IMG/VR virus record: IMGVR_UViG_3300017527_000515
Coordinates: 32,001 to 96,000 of that record
Direction: 5' to 3' (one strand)
Source of the DNA: a virus
DNA length: 64,000 nt
The notes under the pieces are model-generated. The model saw only the letters and a program-made list of their open reading frames with translations. It ran no database searches and was not told the origin of the DNA. The position numbers were made by a program, and so were the translations under genes. Positions 33,092-42,981 of the stretch are shown here, piece by piece. The first letter of the stretch is position 1. Each line of letters begins with the position of its first letter.

Positions 33092-33550
33092 CTAACTAGT
33101 ATACTTCCATGCTTTGCTCATGTGTTTAGGCAGGGGCTCGCGGCCTACGAACACATCGCCTATTTTGAATTTGGTATCTATTGAATCTTGCTTCAGCATT
33201 ATTTTCCATGTCTGAACACAATGTGGTTCCAAACATTTTACTTGTATTGAATGAAACACCCTACTACCATCTACACCTAAACTACATTCTATCAAAGGCA
33301 TATATGCTTTAAACTTAGGTATAAGTATTACCTTGCCTGTACTTAAAACATACGATAACTCCATAAAACCATCGGGTATATCATCCCAGCCTGTCTCAAA
33401 TAAATTATTACCCTTTATTATCTTTCCATCTGGATATCTAACCATAAAATAACAATTGTATGGGTTAACACTAACCACCGTGTTAGATGCCCCGTAAACC
33501 TTCGCGTCCTGTTCTGTCATGTGGCTAAAATTTGGTAATTGGTTGTCCAT
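33092..33550 (-). CDS. Small hypothetical protein, related to 28712..29026
   Basis: Start moved to the ATG at 33550 (GGAGAGG RBS). YPDGKII...GWDDIP motif. Confidence 0.7.
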   Translation of the reverse strand: MDNQLPNFSHMTEQDAKVYGASNTVVSVNPYNCYFMVRYPDGKIIKGNNLFETGWDDIPDGFMELSYVLSTGKVILIPKFKAYMPLIECSLGVDGSRVFHSIQVKCLEPHCVQTWKIMLKQDSIDTKFKIGDVFVGREPLPKHMSKAWKYTS

Positions 33551-33560
33551 AATCCTCTCC

Positions 33561-34265
33561 TTAAGTATATAAATATCTAAATCCAAACACCGGTGTGTTA
33601 TGGAATGTTACAGAGTCTGTTTCAAGCCTGATATAAACGTTGAAGAACACTACCTCGTCTGTTATATGTGTCAGACCAACCCCCTGGAAAGCTACCCTAT
33701 CACTGCTGCCTCTTAAGAACGCCCCGCCGTTGGTGCTCCCGTCCCATGGATATGGCATTACCCCGCCATTACCAGCCTTAGCGGCATCGGTATTTATGGC
33801 GTTGACATGACTTTCATTACCGCTGTTGGCGCTACCTGTTAGTACCTCTGAAGTATATGTGCTAAAAGAGAAATCATCCCAAGCTTCTAGATACAACTGC
33901 CCCTCTATGGTACCACTGGTAGATACTCCAAATGCGTAGGATTTAGTATTAGGTGAATCCAATCTACTAGCGGAAGGCACTCTATACATTGTTGCGCCGG
34001 ACTCCATAAACACATACGGAATAACATAACTGGTCACTGCTGGTCTAATCGTAGGAGATCTACTTCCAGAAGCTAATGTCATTTGTGTTTCATCAGCTAT
34101 TAGATGTGGATTCCAATCGTCTATGCCTCCACCTGTGAAAATAACAGTATCCACCCCAGGAGTGATCTCTCTCCACACCGAGCCGCCTGTGCCGCCCGTA
34201 TGAAAATCGTATCTCTCATCTACGTCAGAGTGGTTATAAAGAAATTTTAAATAAGGCTCTGCCAT
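33561..34265 (-). CDS. Hypothetical structural protein (234 aa)
   Basis: LEAWD motif, C-terminus FGFRYLYT, GGAGG RBS. Confidence 0.7.
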   Translation of the reverse strand: MAEPYLKFLYNHSDVDERYDFHTGGTGGSVWREITPGVDTVIFTGGGIDDWNPHLIADETQMTLASGSRSPTIRPAVTSYVIPYVFMESGATMYRVPSASRLDSPNTKSYAFGVSTSGTIEGQLYLEAWDDFSFSTYTSEVLTGSANSGNESHVNAINTDAAKAGNGGVMPYPWDGSTNGGAFLRGSSDRVAFQGVGLTHITDEVVFFNVYIRLETDSVTFHNTPVFGFRYLYT

Positions 34266-34273
34266 GATTCCTC

Positions 34274-37200
34274 CTATGAAACTCTATAAATAACCGGTGT
34301 TATCTTACTTTTATCTGTAACATCTTTGTCATGTACCTGGATTCTAATGGTCTGCTCGTCTACTCCATCTCCGGCCCCAAGTACTATAAAAGATACATCT
34401 CTGAATCTAGGCATTCCACGCAAGCATTTTTTAGGATCAAAGCCGGTAAACCATGGCACCTCACTATGTCTTGTATAGAACCTATAACTATCTCTAAGTT
34501 GATTCTTATTTTCCGATATATCTTTTACTCTCACCCCTACAGAATATTCCTTTCCGTACTGTAGATCATAAGGTAAATCTATTGATACTTTGTAGTGATT
34601 TATACTCACTTGTTCTATAGTTGTGTCTGGATTATGCTCTAATCCAGCGTGGTATACTATCCTGGAATTAAGAAAAACTTCTAACGTATCTATATCTACA
34701 CCCTCACCGGCATCTTTAATCTCAAAATATAACTTTGTGTCCAATGGCACTTGGTCCTCTTCTCTGGCAGGATCTTCGGCCTCTAAGTAAGGAGAATTAT
34801 AGTCTGGTATAATTCTAAACCAGTAGTCTGTATAAATAAAATTAGGTTCAGCTGCCGTGTCGAACACCTCTATATGTACATAAATTAAAGCATTGTGGTG
34901 GTATATATCTGGGTTATCATATCTAAACTCTATACCCAGAACGCCGCCTCCTGCATCGAAATATTCCAAAGTTACCCTATCGTTGTTAGGGGGCCAGCCA
35001 TATTTCTCTATTACATCATAGTAGCCTGTATCATAGTGAACATCATCTACTGTCCATACCTCTCTAACATAGAACTTAAGAGAGTCTCCGTTAAGACTGA
35101 AAGCAAATGGCCTCATTCTAATCCATATATCAGTCTCTCTAGGATTTTTCTCGCTCCAGAATGCGGGGACTGCGTCCTCTACGAATATAAACTGATCTAG
35201 TCTGACATTAGTTTTTAAGGTAGAACTGTATTGCCCGTCTACCCAATGGCTGTGTTTACTCATATTTAACTGACTAAACATCAAATCATAAATTGAATCC
35301 AGCTGGAACAGTCTATGTGGTATAGGCTGGCCATCTTCTAATTTACACTTTGGTGAACACCCGGCGACGTCCATATCTTTATAGTATTGCCAATACCAAA
35401 GTGGTTGTGGTAATATTAAAGGTCTAGCTTGCTCCTCTAGTTCGTTATCAGGATCGGAAGTGTCGGTTAAGTAATATCCTGGAGGAATTCCCCATTGACT
35501 TACTTCCAATACTTGTCTTATATAATTATTCCTTGGTTGTCTATTTGAAGTAGTAGCACACTTAGAAGATAAAGGGTCTGAAGTATCACCTGGAGTTTTA
35601 TCCCATGTAATACAATCCCAAATACAACTCATGTTGTAGAACTCAGACGGCGGGCCATCTTCTCTTTCGGGCGTTCTTTGAAACCATGGCCAGCACGAAC
35701 TCACATCTGCTGAATTGAAGGACGGGTCTACCCAATTAGCGCCGGGCTGACCAAAAAAAGAATAATTTAAAGTATAGACCCTAGGCTCTGTGACTATTTT
35801 TTCGCTGCCGCCTGTTTCATGTGGATAGGCTAATATTTTGAATGGATCGAATAATTGCCTCATACCATACAAACGACCAAACTCCCATGATTTTTGAAAC
35901 ATCGATGCGTCGCCGAACCCACCATTATACTCTACTTTCCCGTCTACCAATATACTATTCCAGCAATACTCACTCCCTGTAAACGCCGAACTTTTATCTG
36001 CCCTGACGCTGACAATAGTTGGACCTGTGTATAGTCCGCCGGGAGTATAACCTACAAATGCTCTTCCATCTTTATCAGTTAATGTCTTGCCGTCTACGGG
36101 AGTAAACTGCGCTCCCAGATCGCTGCTATCGTCTGAGAATTCTATATTAACATCTCTTAGTCCTACACCAAATTGATCTCTAGTCTGAACATATATAGCA
36201 GTAGAGTCTGGTCCTATTGTGTATTGCTGTAACATATATATGGAAACATTGTGCGTGTAAGGTAAAAGAGTGTCCTGTTGATAGTTATAAGTAGCCCACG
36301 ACTCAGTAATTTTGTGGCCACTATCATTCTTTGTGGTAGCCTTCCTCATTAACTTATATATATTAAACTGATCAAAGACTATGTCATATACCTCAAAATG
36401 ATCTTTATTATTTTGATCTACGTTAGTAAGAAACATAGACTTCCATTTTAAGTATGAATCATAAGGACGTATAAATAGTAGCTGACTACCGTTAATTCCT
36501 GCTACTGCTGCTACTTCTGTACTCCATCTAGCACCAGTAATTCTAGCATACTCTCCACTTGTGGCGTATTCTAATCTTGTACCTGAATAAATATCATGCT
36601 TATACATAGTTCCATATCTACTATCTCCAGCATATCCTATGGAACTTACTAAATATACATTATTAAAAAATGTTATCTGATCTCCGAACGCATATTGATA
36701 GAATAATGGACTGTTTAGAAAAACTCTGTCTCCATTTATAAAACTGACCGTGACCTTTTCTGTAGCGCCTACATTATCTGTATCTGAGCTAGGTCCTAGA
36801 AACAGAGTGTCGCCGGGCTCTAATCTATTAGCACTGCTTATATCTAAATAGTTCTGGCCAGAGGGTGCTGCAAAACCAAAAGATCTATGATAATGTTCAG
36901 CGGCCATTGCTTCTATATCATAATGGAAATTGCCAGTGGTGTATTTAACATGTTGTTGCTTTAGATCTAAAGTTAAAAATCCAGTATTGGTTTCCCATCT
37001 TTTAATTATACACTGCTCACTACTACTAAGTGGATTTCCGTACCCATCATAATCTGGCACTCTCTCTACAGTAATAAAAGTTACGCCATCTATCATTTCT
37101 GTAAGATTCAGCGGACCGCAATATTCTATACCTACCAAGGTGTTATCTGGATGTATGTTGGAAGATAAAGTATAGTCCGCTATTAATCCTCCGGCGGTGT

Positions 37201-37309
37201 TCTTTATCCTCATCCTAGTATCAGCTTCCGAGGTATTAATAGAACCAAAAGTACCTGCCTGTGCAGTCAGGGTAAAATTGGAATATTGCAAGTTAACATT
37301 AGTCGCCAT
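34274..37309 (-). CDS. Ig-like (Big-1 and SbsA-type) domain virion protein (1011 aa)
   Basis: Big-1 motif RDQFGVGL..TDKDGRA. C-terminal PYL..P..VPLDT..FEIKDAGEGVD repeats. N-terminal half is paralogous to the 37321 gene. Confidence 0.75.
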   Translation of the reverse strand: MATNVNLQYSNFTLTAQAGTFGSINTSEADTRMRIKNTAGGLIADYTLSSNIHPDNTLVGIEYCGPLNLTEMIDGVTFITVERVPDYDGYGNPLSSSEQCIIKRWETNTGFLTLDLKQQHVKYTTGNFHYDIEAMAAEHYHRSFGFAAPSGQNYLDISSANRLEPGDTLFLGPSSDTDNVGATEKVTVSFINGDRVFLNSPLFYQYAFGDQITFFNNVYLVSSIGYAGDSRYGTMYKHDIYSGTRLEYATSGEYARITGARWSTEVAAVAGINGSQLLFIRPYDSYLKWKSMFLTNVDQNNKDHFEVYDIVFDQFNIYKLMRKATTKNDSGHKITESWATYNYQQDTLLPYTHNVSIYMLQQYTIGPDSTAIYVQTRDQFGVGLRDVNIEFSDDSSDLGAQFTPVDGKTLTDKDGRAFVGYTPGGLYTGPTIVSVRADKSSAFTGSEYCWNSILVDGKVEYNGGFGDASMFQKSWEFGRLYGMRQLFDPFKILAYPHETGGSEKIVTEPRVYTLNYSFFGQPGANWVDPSFNSADVSSCWPWFQRTPEREDGPPSEFYNMSCIWDCITWDKTPGDTSDPLSSKCATTSNRQPRNNYIRQVLEVSQWGIPPGYYLTDTSDPDNELEEQARPLILPQPLWYWQYYKDMDVAGCSPKCKLEDGQPIPHRLFQLDSIYDLMFSQLNMSKHSHWVDGQYSSTLKTNVRLDQFIFVEDAVPAFWSEKNPRETDIWIRMRPFAFSLNGDSLKFYVREVWTVDDVHYDTGYYDVIEKYGWPPNNDRVTLEYFDAGGGVLGIEFRYDNPDIYHHNALIYVHIEVFDTAAEPNFIYTDYWFRIIPDYNSPYLEAEDPAREEDQVPLDTKLYFEIKDAGEGVDIDTLEVFLNSRIVYHAGLEHNPDTTIEQVSINHYKVSIDLPYDLQYGKEYSVGVRVKDISENKNQLRDSYRFYTRHSEVPWFTGFDPKKCLRGMPRFRDVSFIVLGAGDGVDEQTIRIQVHDKDVTDKSKITPVIYRVS

Positions 37310-37320
37310 AAATTATCCTA

Positions 37321-38712
37321 TTAATCCGAAGGAGATTCAACTCCTCCCTGCTGTGCAGTAGCTGTTATCTTAACTTCTCTAGCAGCCGTACCTGCTGTAT
37401 ATGTAGTTTCAGCTACACCGTCTGAATCAGTATTAGCTGGGTTAGGCCCAGTAATAGCACCATTAGCATCGTCATCTGTAAAATATACTAATTTACCGCC
37501 AATCGGTAAATTGTGTTGATCTTTAACAATGGCTGTAATCTGCGAAGTGTTAACTCCATTGGCCGGTAAAATAGCTGGGTTAGCCCTGAGACTTATACTT
37601 GTAATAAACGGCTCTAAGGTTGATAGCTGATAGCTGTATGTGCCATCAGAAAATGTATAAGTAGCCCCATAGTAAGTGGCTTTCCTCTGCAGCCTATACA
37701 CATTAACACCTTCCATTGTTAAATCATAAATAGGTATAACCGTAGCTTGATCATCTTCCACATTGTCCATAGTCATAGAACCAAAGCTATCGTTGAAATT
37801 GTCTGGATTCAAAAATATAATATTGGTAGTTCGAACATAACATATAGAATTAAACTTAGGCCAGTTGAACGCGTCATTAGCTGGGGTATCTTGCCAATCC
37901 CTATCAAATATATAATTAGGCACATCGAAGAAAGTACAAGCATCTACATTTTTATACTCACCGCCAGCAAATCTAGTCTGGTAAGATCCTGTGTAAGCAT
38001 TAAATTGATATAAAGCACCGTCAGCGCTGGACACGCCGTCCCAGTTGTTGAAAACCCAAATGTTATTGTAGAAGGATGCTGGGTCTCCGTACCTATCTTG
38101 GTAATCATTACCGACACCAGAGGCGGTTGGGCCCTCATAAGCATAAGTAGTTGAACCATTTAGGTTAACATTATAAATAGTCTCCTGACCAGTAGCCTGT
38201 ACTGTAACAGAGTTCACAGATATGTCTTCTCTTTGGCCATTAGCATTAGGGCCAAGTGATATAGTCATACCACTTTGCAGTTTGGCTATTAGATCAAAGT
38301 CAGCCTGTTTAGTTTTGGGCTGATACATACTCAACACTGAGGAACTTGTCGAGGCGTTGCTTTTGAATCTTAGATGGTAGTGTTCTATGGCCATAGCTTC
38401 GGACTGATATTTATGAGAAGCATCTGGTACCATAGTGAAATTATCTCGTTGTTTTAGAACATAATTCTCTAGATTCCAGCGCTTTATACGTATAGTATCG
38501 CTGCCTGGGTTTTCCAATGTCCAGAAATTTCTGCCATCATACTCCATACTGACTATTTGAGTAGATATAGTAGTGTCTAGTGGGTATGAATAGGCCTGGG
38601 TACCATCATCAGTCTTTACAATCATGGCGTCTTGGGACTGGTCCATCATATAAAAGTAACCATCTATCATGGTTACATTTTGCCTAAGTAATGTTATATT
38701 TTCATAAGCCAT
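37321..38712 (-). CDS. Virion protein with a C-terminal Big-1 (invasin/intimin-type Ig) domain (463 aa)
   Basis: ANPAILPANG..SQITAIVKDQHNLP..VYFT..TDSDGVAETTYTAG..ITAT. Confidence 0.8.
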   Translation of the reverse strand: MAYENITLLRQNVTMIDGYFYMMDQSQDAMIVKTDDGTQAYSYPLDTTISTQIVSMEYDGRNFWTLENPGSDTIRIKRWNLENYVLKQRDNFTMVPDASHKYQSEAMAIEHYHLRFKSNASTSSSVLSMYQPKTKQADFDLIAKLQSGMTISLGPNANGQREDISVNSVTVQATGQETIYNVNLNGSTTYAYEGPTASGVGNDYQDRYGDPASFYNNIWVFNNWDGVSSADGALYQFNAYTGSYQTRFAGGEYKNVDACTFFDVPNYIFDRDWQDTPANDAFNWPKFNSICYVRTTNIIFLNPDNFNDSFGSMTMDNVEDDQATVIPIYDLTMEGVNVYRLQRKATYYGATYTFSDGTYSYQLSTLEPFITSISLRANPAILPANGVNTSQITAIVKDQHNLPIGGKLVYFTDDDANGAITGPNPANTDSDGVAETTYTAGTAAREVKITATAQQGGVESPSD

Positions 38713-39380
38713 TATTTAATACCTCCGGTTATTTCACCTATATTCACGCTCTTTATTTCTTCTTCTGGTATAGCTATCCAAGTTGGTGGTACGTAAAGAG
38801 CTGTCTTCAGTTCAGGATCTCTGACAAATGCCTTTAGTTCTTTTATTCTATCTATAGGTTTGGTTTTAATAGGCTCAAGCTTTCTATTAATACCTCTATC
38901 GACCGTTGTCAGAATTACCATAGGTCCGCGTATTCTCTCTATAGCTGCACGTATCTCAACTAAGTATCTGTTCTTCAGATTAGCTGTAAAATCATGCACG
39001 CGGCACCCTAGATTAAAAAAGACGCCTTTTCTGGATAAAATACTACCGAACAAATTAGGAAGATTTCCTACTTCCTGGTAGCAACCATTGTCCAGTACCA
39101 TAACAAACATGTTCTTGCAGCCACTAACTGCCACCTGACCTAGGGCAGCCAGCTCTCTGATAAGGTCGCCCTCACCTACAAAAAGAAACACACGCTTGTC
39201 AGTACTCAATGCTATACCTAGAGCAAACGAAACTGATATACCAAAATAATCTTCCATGTAAAAAGATCCCGGCCTATCATACTTATAAGCTTCCTTACAC
39301 AACTCCTTGCCGGAAAATATTGCTATGTCAGAATCAGAAAATAACTTTACTAACTCCTTTATTACTGTATACCTCTTCAT
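38712..39380 (-). CDS. Divergent ThDP-enzyme C-terminal (PP) subunit, sulfopyruvate decarboxylase beta (ComE)/phosphonopyruvate decarboxylase-like
   Basis: MKRY..I...DRPGSFYM...FALGIALSTDKRV...GEGD...VLDNGCY..GN.P follows the ComE layout, but GDG is replaced by GEG and GSMG by DYFG. Confidence 0.8.
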   Translation of the reverse strand: MKRYTVIKELVKLFSDSDIAIFSGKELCKEAYKYDRPGSFYMEDYFGISVSFALGIALSTDKRVFLFVGEGDLIRELAALGQVAVSGCKNMFVMVLDNGCYQEVGNLPNLFGSILSRKGVFFNLGCRVHDFTANLKNRYLVEIRAAIERIRGPMVILTTVDRGINRKLEPIKTKPIDRIKELKAFVRDPELKTALYVPPTWIAIPEEEIKSVNIGEITGGIK

Positions 39381-39814
39381 CCTAACACCCCCTCTCCTAT
39401 AACCACTAGTCCTGGTACGGATTTAGATTCAGATGCTATGGCTGCCTTAGCCAGAGGTTCTTTGTAATTATCATCCATTATGTATGCCTCTGGGAAATCA
39501 TAAGCCAACTTCGAATCTTCATCCCCGTACCCTATTACTAGAAAGGGTATACGATGATCTATATTAAAATTAAATAGACTAGTGAGATCATATGCAAATC
39601 TCATGTCCATCAGCACACCACCTTTAACCCCGCCAACATAGGCGCCAGACACCAAGCCTAATGCTAAACGCTCGTTGGCTGTAGGTATGTAGTGCATGAA
39701 ATCAGGTTTCATAGTCTTGTATAAGGGAGCCAAACCCTTACAAGCCACACCTGCAAAAAATCTATAATTTAACTCCTTACATAAAAACTTCCAGAAATCC
39801 TTAGCCTTTACCAT
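39377..39814 (-). CDS. Divergent ThDP-enzyme N-terminal (PYR) subunit, sulfopyruvate decarboxylase alpha (ComD)/phosphonopyruvate decarboxylase-like
   Basis: FFAGVAC...ANE..ALGLVSGAYVGG..GVLM...RIPFLVI. The QNSGLGN and DEPQH-type motifs are absent. ATGA overlap with the beta-like gene. Confidence 0.8.
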   Translation of the reverse strand: MVKAKDFWKFLCKELNYRFFAGVACKGLAPLYKTMKPDFMHYIPTANERLALGLVSGAYVGGVKGGVLMDMRFAYDLTSLFNFNIDHRIPFLVIGYGDEDSKLAYDFPEAYIMDDNYKEPLAKAAIASESKSVPGLVVIGEGVLG

Positions 39815-39822
39815 AAATCCTC

Positions 39823-40326
39823 CTATTCTTCTAACTGTGTATAGACTCTAGATGGTGGCCTCCACTCCACTACGTATTCAAATTCATCACCTGATATACG
39901 GAGGTCATCTGTAACCTCTATACCATTCACAGTCATCTCTATACTATTTATATCTATACCATACGACGGGTGAAGATCGGTTATAGTAACCTGTACATTC
40001 TCCTGAATACCATGTGTGTAATCAGATGGGTACACCGCGGTAACAAATGGCGGACGTGAGTCTGCCGCGAGCGGCTCCCAATTCACCTGTTTAGATATAT
40101 GAGCAACAGCCTTCTCTACTTCCAGGTCCAGATCCAACTCGTCAGTAACGTTTATATAATAAGGTGGTATTGTACCACTGGTTGTTATGTGCGGCTCATC
40201 AGTAGCCACTTCTATAACCCAGATAGCTTCGCCTTCAGCTCCCTTAGGAACTACCTGTCTATATGTAATACCACATACTATAACCTTACTTGGATTTAAT
40301 GAATTACGTACCTGAAAATAGGCCAT
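39823..40326 (-). CDS. Small protein with a C-terminal Ig-like domain (167 aa)
   Basis: PPFVTAVYP...ITD..PSYGIDINSIEMTVNG resembles the C-terminal repeats of the 34274 gene. Confidence 0.65.
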   Translation of the reverse strand: MAYFQVRNSLNPSKVIVCGITYRQVVPKGAEGEAIWVIEVATDEPHITTSGTIPPYYINVTDELDLDLEVEKAVAHISKQVNWEPLAADSRPPFVTAVYPSDYTHGIQENVQVTITDLHPSYGIDINSIEMTVNGIEVTDDLRISGDEFEYVVEWRPPSRVYTQLEE

Positions 40327-40336
40327 TTAATACTCC

Positions 40337-41302
40337 TTACGAACTATAATCAATCTGGTTGACCATATTCTTAATACCATATCTACCTATAGCGTCTACT
40401 GTACCATAGGCTGATGTGGGTTCAAATTCAGGGTCATTCATTCTCATCAGTTGCACCTTAGAAGCTAATCCTATGTATGTGCTAGAAGGTTCTGTACCAG
40501 CTACCACAGTTATATCGCTTCCTGCCGGATTTAAACTATCGATGATAAAATACTCAGGTACACCGTCGCTGCCTACAATAGCCATAGCATCGCCAGCTAC
40601 TGCGCCAGTTCCACCACTCGTATATATAACAGAACCACCTGAGTAGGTAGTTAATACCGCAGCTTCTTTGATCTGTACTCCTGCTAGATCCTCAGTGCTG
40701 ATAGTCAAATCCAACCCCAACATATCCAAACAATCATTGGATGTTCCAGAAGAAACCGCTACCGCAGATTTATCCAGACCAGTATAAGCATCGCCAATTG
40801 AGCCTGAGATAATCTTAAACTTACCATTTTCAAATTCCACAGAACAATTTTTATAGGCCATGATAAACCCATTATCGCCAGCGCTCCACTGCATACCCTC
40901 AGGTAATGCACGAATCTTATCTTCCATATCTGCAGCTACCTGATCTCCAGGAAGATTAGAGCCGGATGCGTGGTCTAGTTCTATGTTATACCAACCAGTT
41001 TGATTGTAACCACTGACAGTGGTGTCTAAAGAAATCCTAAAGGTATTCTGTCCAGTATCCAACTGAAACACATTACCCTTGAATCCAGAACTCTTTAACC
41101 ACCCAGATTTGGCTTCTGTAATATACAGATCTGGGATGGCAGTTCTGTTTGTGTTGTCGCTGTAAGCAGTAGTCGACACCACCATGACTATCTGCTCGTC
41201 GCCCTCGTACCCTGTCGGAACTAAGCTGTTAACATCAACAGTAACTCTCTTATTCGTTCCAGGATAATTCACAAGATCTTGAGTGTCTACACTTAGAGCC
41301 AT
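40337..41302 (-). CDS. Virion structural protein (321 aa)
   Basis: Shares the VAxD(M/I)...FK(I/L)xSG(S/T)(I/L)G...LG domain with the 29163 gene. GGAGG RBS. Confidence 0.65.
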   Translation of the reverse strand: MALSVDTQDLVNYPGTNKRVTVDVNSLVPTGYEGDEQIVMVVSTTAYSDNTNRTAIPDLYITEAKSGWLKSSGFKGNVFQLDTGQNTFRISLDTTVSGYNQTGWYNIELDHASGSNLPGDQVAADMEDKIRALPEGMQWSAGDNGFIMAYKNCSVEFENGKFKIISGSIGDAYTGLDKSAVAVSSGTSNDCLDMLGLDLTISTEDLAGVQIKEAAVLTTYSGGSVIYTSGGTGAVAGDAMAIVGSDGVPEYFIIDSLNPAGSDITVVAGTEPSSTYIGLASKVQLMRMNDPEFEPTSAYGTVDAIGRYGIKNMVNQIDYSS

Positions 41303-41317
41303 TATTTATTCCTCCTA

Positions 41318-41890
41318 TTATGAATAAAAATATCTTACTCCATAAGTAACATAATATGGGCAGTTGTCTGATGTACATTCCCAGCCCCATACATGTCCCT
41401 TAGCATGAAGTTTCATATAATAATCTCCGTGATCGGAGAATCCCTCTAGAGGGTCTTGCCATTCTTCCAACCCCAACATAGTTCTTGTTCTAGACCGCAT
41501 ACTGGCTATCTGTTCTTCTGTCCAGTCGTCATCTTCATGATAAGCACACGGCATCCAACAATAACCCACGTGATCGTGCTTGTTATATTGGGGTAAATTA
41601 CCATACATTGTAGTACCAATTTCAAATTGCCACTGTAAAAACTTTTCAAATGGTTCGTCATGGCCGCCTGCCACCCTGGCTTGCCATGCTGCCCAATCTC
41701 CATTATACATGCTGGTGTATTTGGCTTCGTCATTAACTCTGGCCTGGTCCTCCGCCTCTCTGACGTCCACATAATCACCATCGTCATTTATATTGTAGTT
41801 TGGCTGATATATGTTTCTGACATAGTTCCACTTCTGTCTATCAGTCCAACCGTATTTTATTTCAACACACCCTGGGCTACAGCCTGGCAT
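41318..41890 (-). CDS. Hypothetical protein with Cys/His motifs (190 aa)
   Basis: CSPGC, HVGYCWMPC, HVWGWECTSDNCPY. GGAG RBS. Confidence 0.7.
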   Translation of the reverse strand: MPGCSPGCVEIKYGWTDRQKWNYVRNIYQPNYNINDDGDYVDVREAEDQARVNDEAKYTSMYNGDWAAWQARVAGGHDEPFEKFLQWQFEIGTTMYGNLPQYNKHDHVGYCWMPCAYHEDDDWTEEQIASMRSRTRTMLGLEEWQDPLEGFSDHGDYYMKLHAKGHVWGWECTSDNCPYYVTYGVRYFYS

Positions 41891-41892
41891 AT

Positions 41893-42321
41893 TTATCTCC
41901 TGTAGTTGTAAAGTTCGTTATCTCTATCTACCACATAGGTAGGATAGAGTAGATTGTATGCGTGTTTTTCGTTCTCATGTCCAGAAGTATCTATTACTAA
42001 ATAATCTTTGTTTTCTAAATTGGGTATTCCTTTGAGTGTTGGGTCATACTCTATACGAGCGTCTTTAAGATCCGCTATCTCAGCTTCGTTGTATGAAACT
42101 TCTCCCCATTTTAGGTCTCCCACATAGACATTTGTCACTAAGACTATCAGCTGTGAACAAAAATCTAAACGTATAGTGTCATTATCATTAATCTTATCCG
42201 CTTGTTTCATGGCTGGGCCAGAGAAATATGCCCCTGTTAAATTAATGATGCCTGCTTCAGGTCTTAGGGCTGTGTCCCAGTGTAATTCTAACCTGAACCT
42301 TTCCGATAATAAAAACTTCAT
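41893..42321 (-). CDS. Hypothetical protein (142 aa)
   Basis: ORF with GGAGG RBS in the operon. Confidence 0.7.
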   Translation of the reverse strand: MKFLLSERFRLELHWDTALRPEAGIINLTGAYFSGPAMKQADKINDNDTIRLDFCSQLIVLVTNVYVGDLKWGEVSYNEAEIADLKDARIEYDPTLKGIPNLENKDYLVIDTSGHENEKHAYNLLYPTYVVDRDNELYNYRR

Positions 42322-42330
42322 AATTCCTCC

Positions 42331-42981
42331 TTATATCCAAAGCGGTGTATATGGTATAGATACACTGCCCTGGCCTGTCTTACCAGATGCTGGGCTTTCA
42401 CTTCCTCCCACTTGAATTGCTACACCTATTTCTAAAGTATCATTACGGCCAATACCACCCGCTGACACATTACCAGCTTCACTGAATGTAGTAACACCGG
42501 AAAACAAAATACCCGGATTAGCATCCGCCGAATCAGATGTGGTACCTTGGCCTTCTGATATATTCCTAATAACATATGTAGGAACTGGTGTATTACCATA
42601 CTGGCCTGTCACCCATTGCTGCATTCCCCAAGTCTCCTGACCTGGTAGCAGAGGATCATCTTTACTAAAACCGTAACTGGTAACAAACCAGTCTCCAGTA
42701 ATAGAAGCTACAGCTTCCCCACAAGCGGCGGGGTTGACAGTTGCTGCCTCAGTGTTGGCATTTGTACATTCCTCAGTAGGAGAAGTATCGTAGATAGGGC
42801 CTCCCGTACCACTATATATAGCTATACTTAGTGTCTGTGTAGGCCTATCATAGGTGTATTGGGGACTCCAATTCCCCACACAGTACAATCTCTGTGTGTT
42901 GGGATTATAGCCCCAGTTTGCAGATACAACACACGCTCCACCGAAAGAAACCGTTGTGCCTGCTCCAATAATAATTGCCAT
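42331..42981 (-). CDS. Tail-tube-fold-like structural protein (216 aa), tentative
   Basis: Beta-rich; ACVVSANW...WFVTSYGFSKD pattern resembles the 43802 gene. GGAGG RBS. Confidence 0.45.
   Translation of the reverse strand: MAIIIGAGTTVSFGGACVVSANWGYNPNTQRLYCVGNWSPQYTYDRPTQTLSIAIYSGTGGPIYDTSPTEECTNANTEAATVNPAACGEAVASITGDWFVTSYGFSKDDPLLPGQETWGMQQWVTGQYGNTPVPTYVIRNISEGQGTTSDSADANPGILFSGVTTFSEAGNVSAGGIGRNDTLEIGVAIQVGGSESPASGKTGQGSVSIPYTPLWI

Noticed and set aside
38712-39814. Calling these comD/comE and inferring an archaeal (methanogen) host
   Set aside because: Key motifs are degenerate and the family includes widespread bacterial phosphonopyruvate and sulfopyruvate decarboxylases, so neither the gene symbol nor the host is supported.
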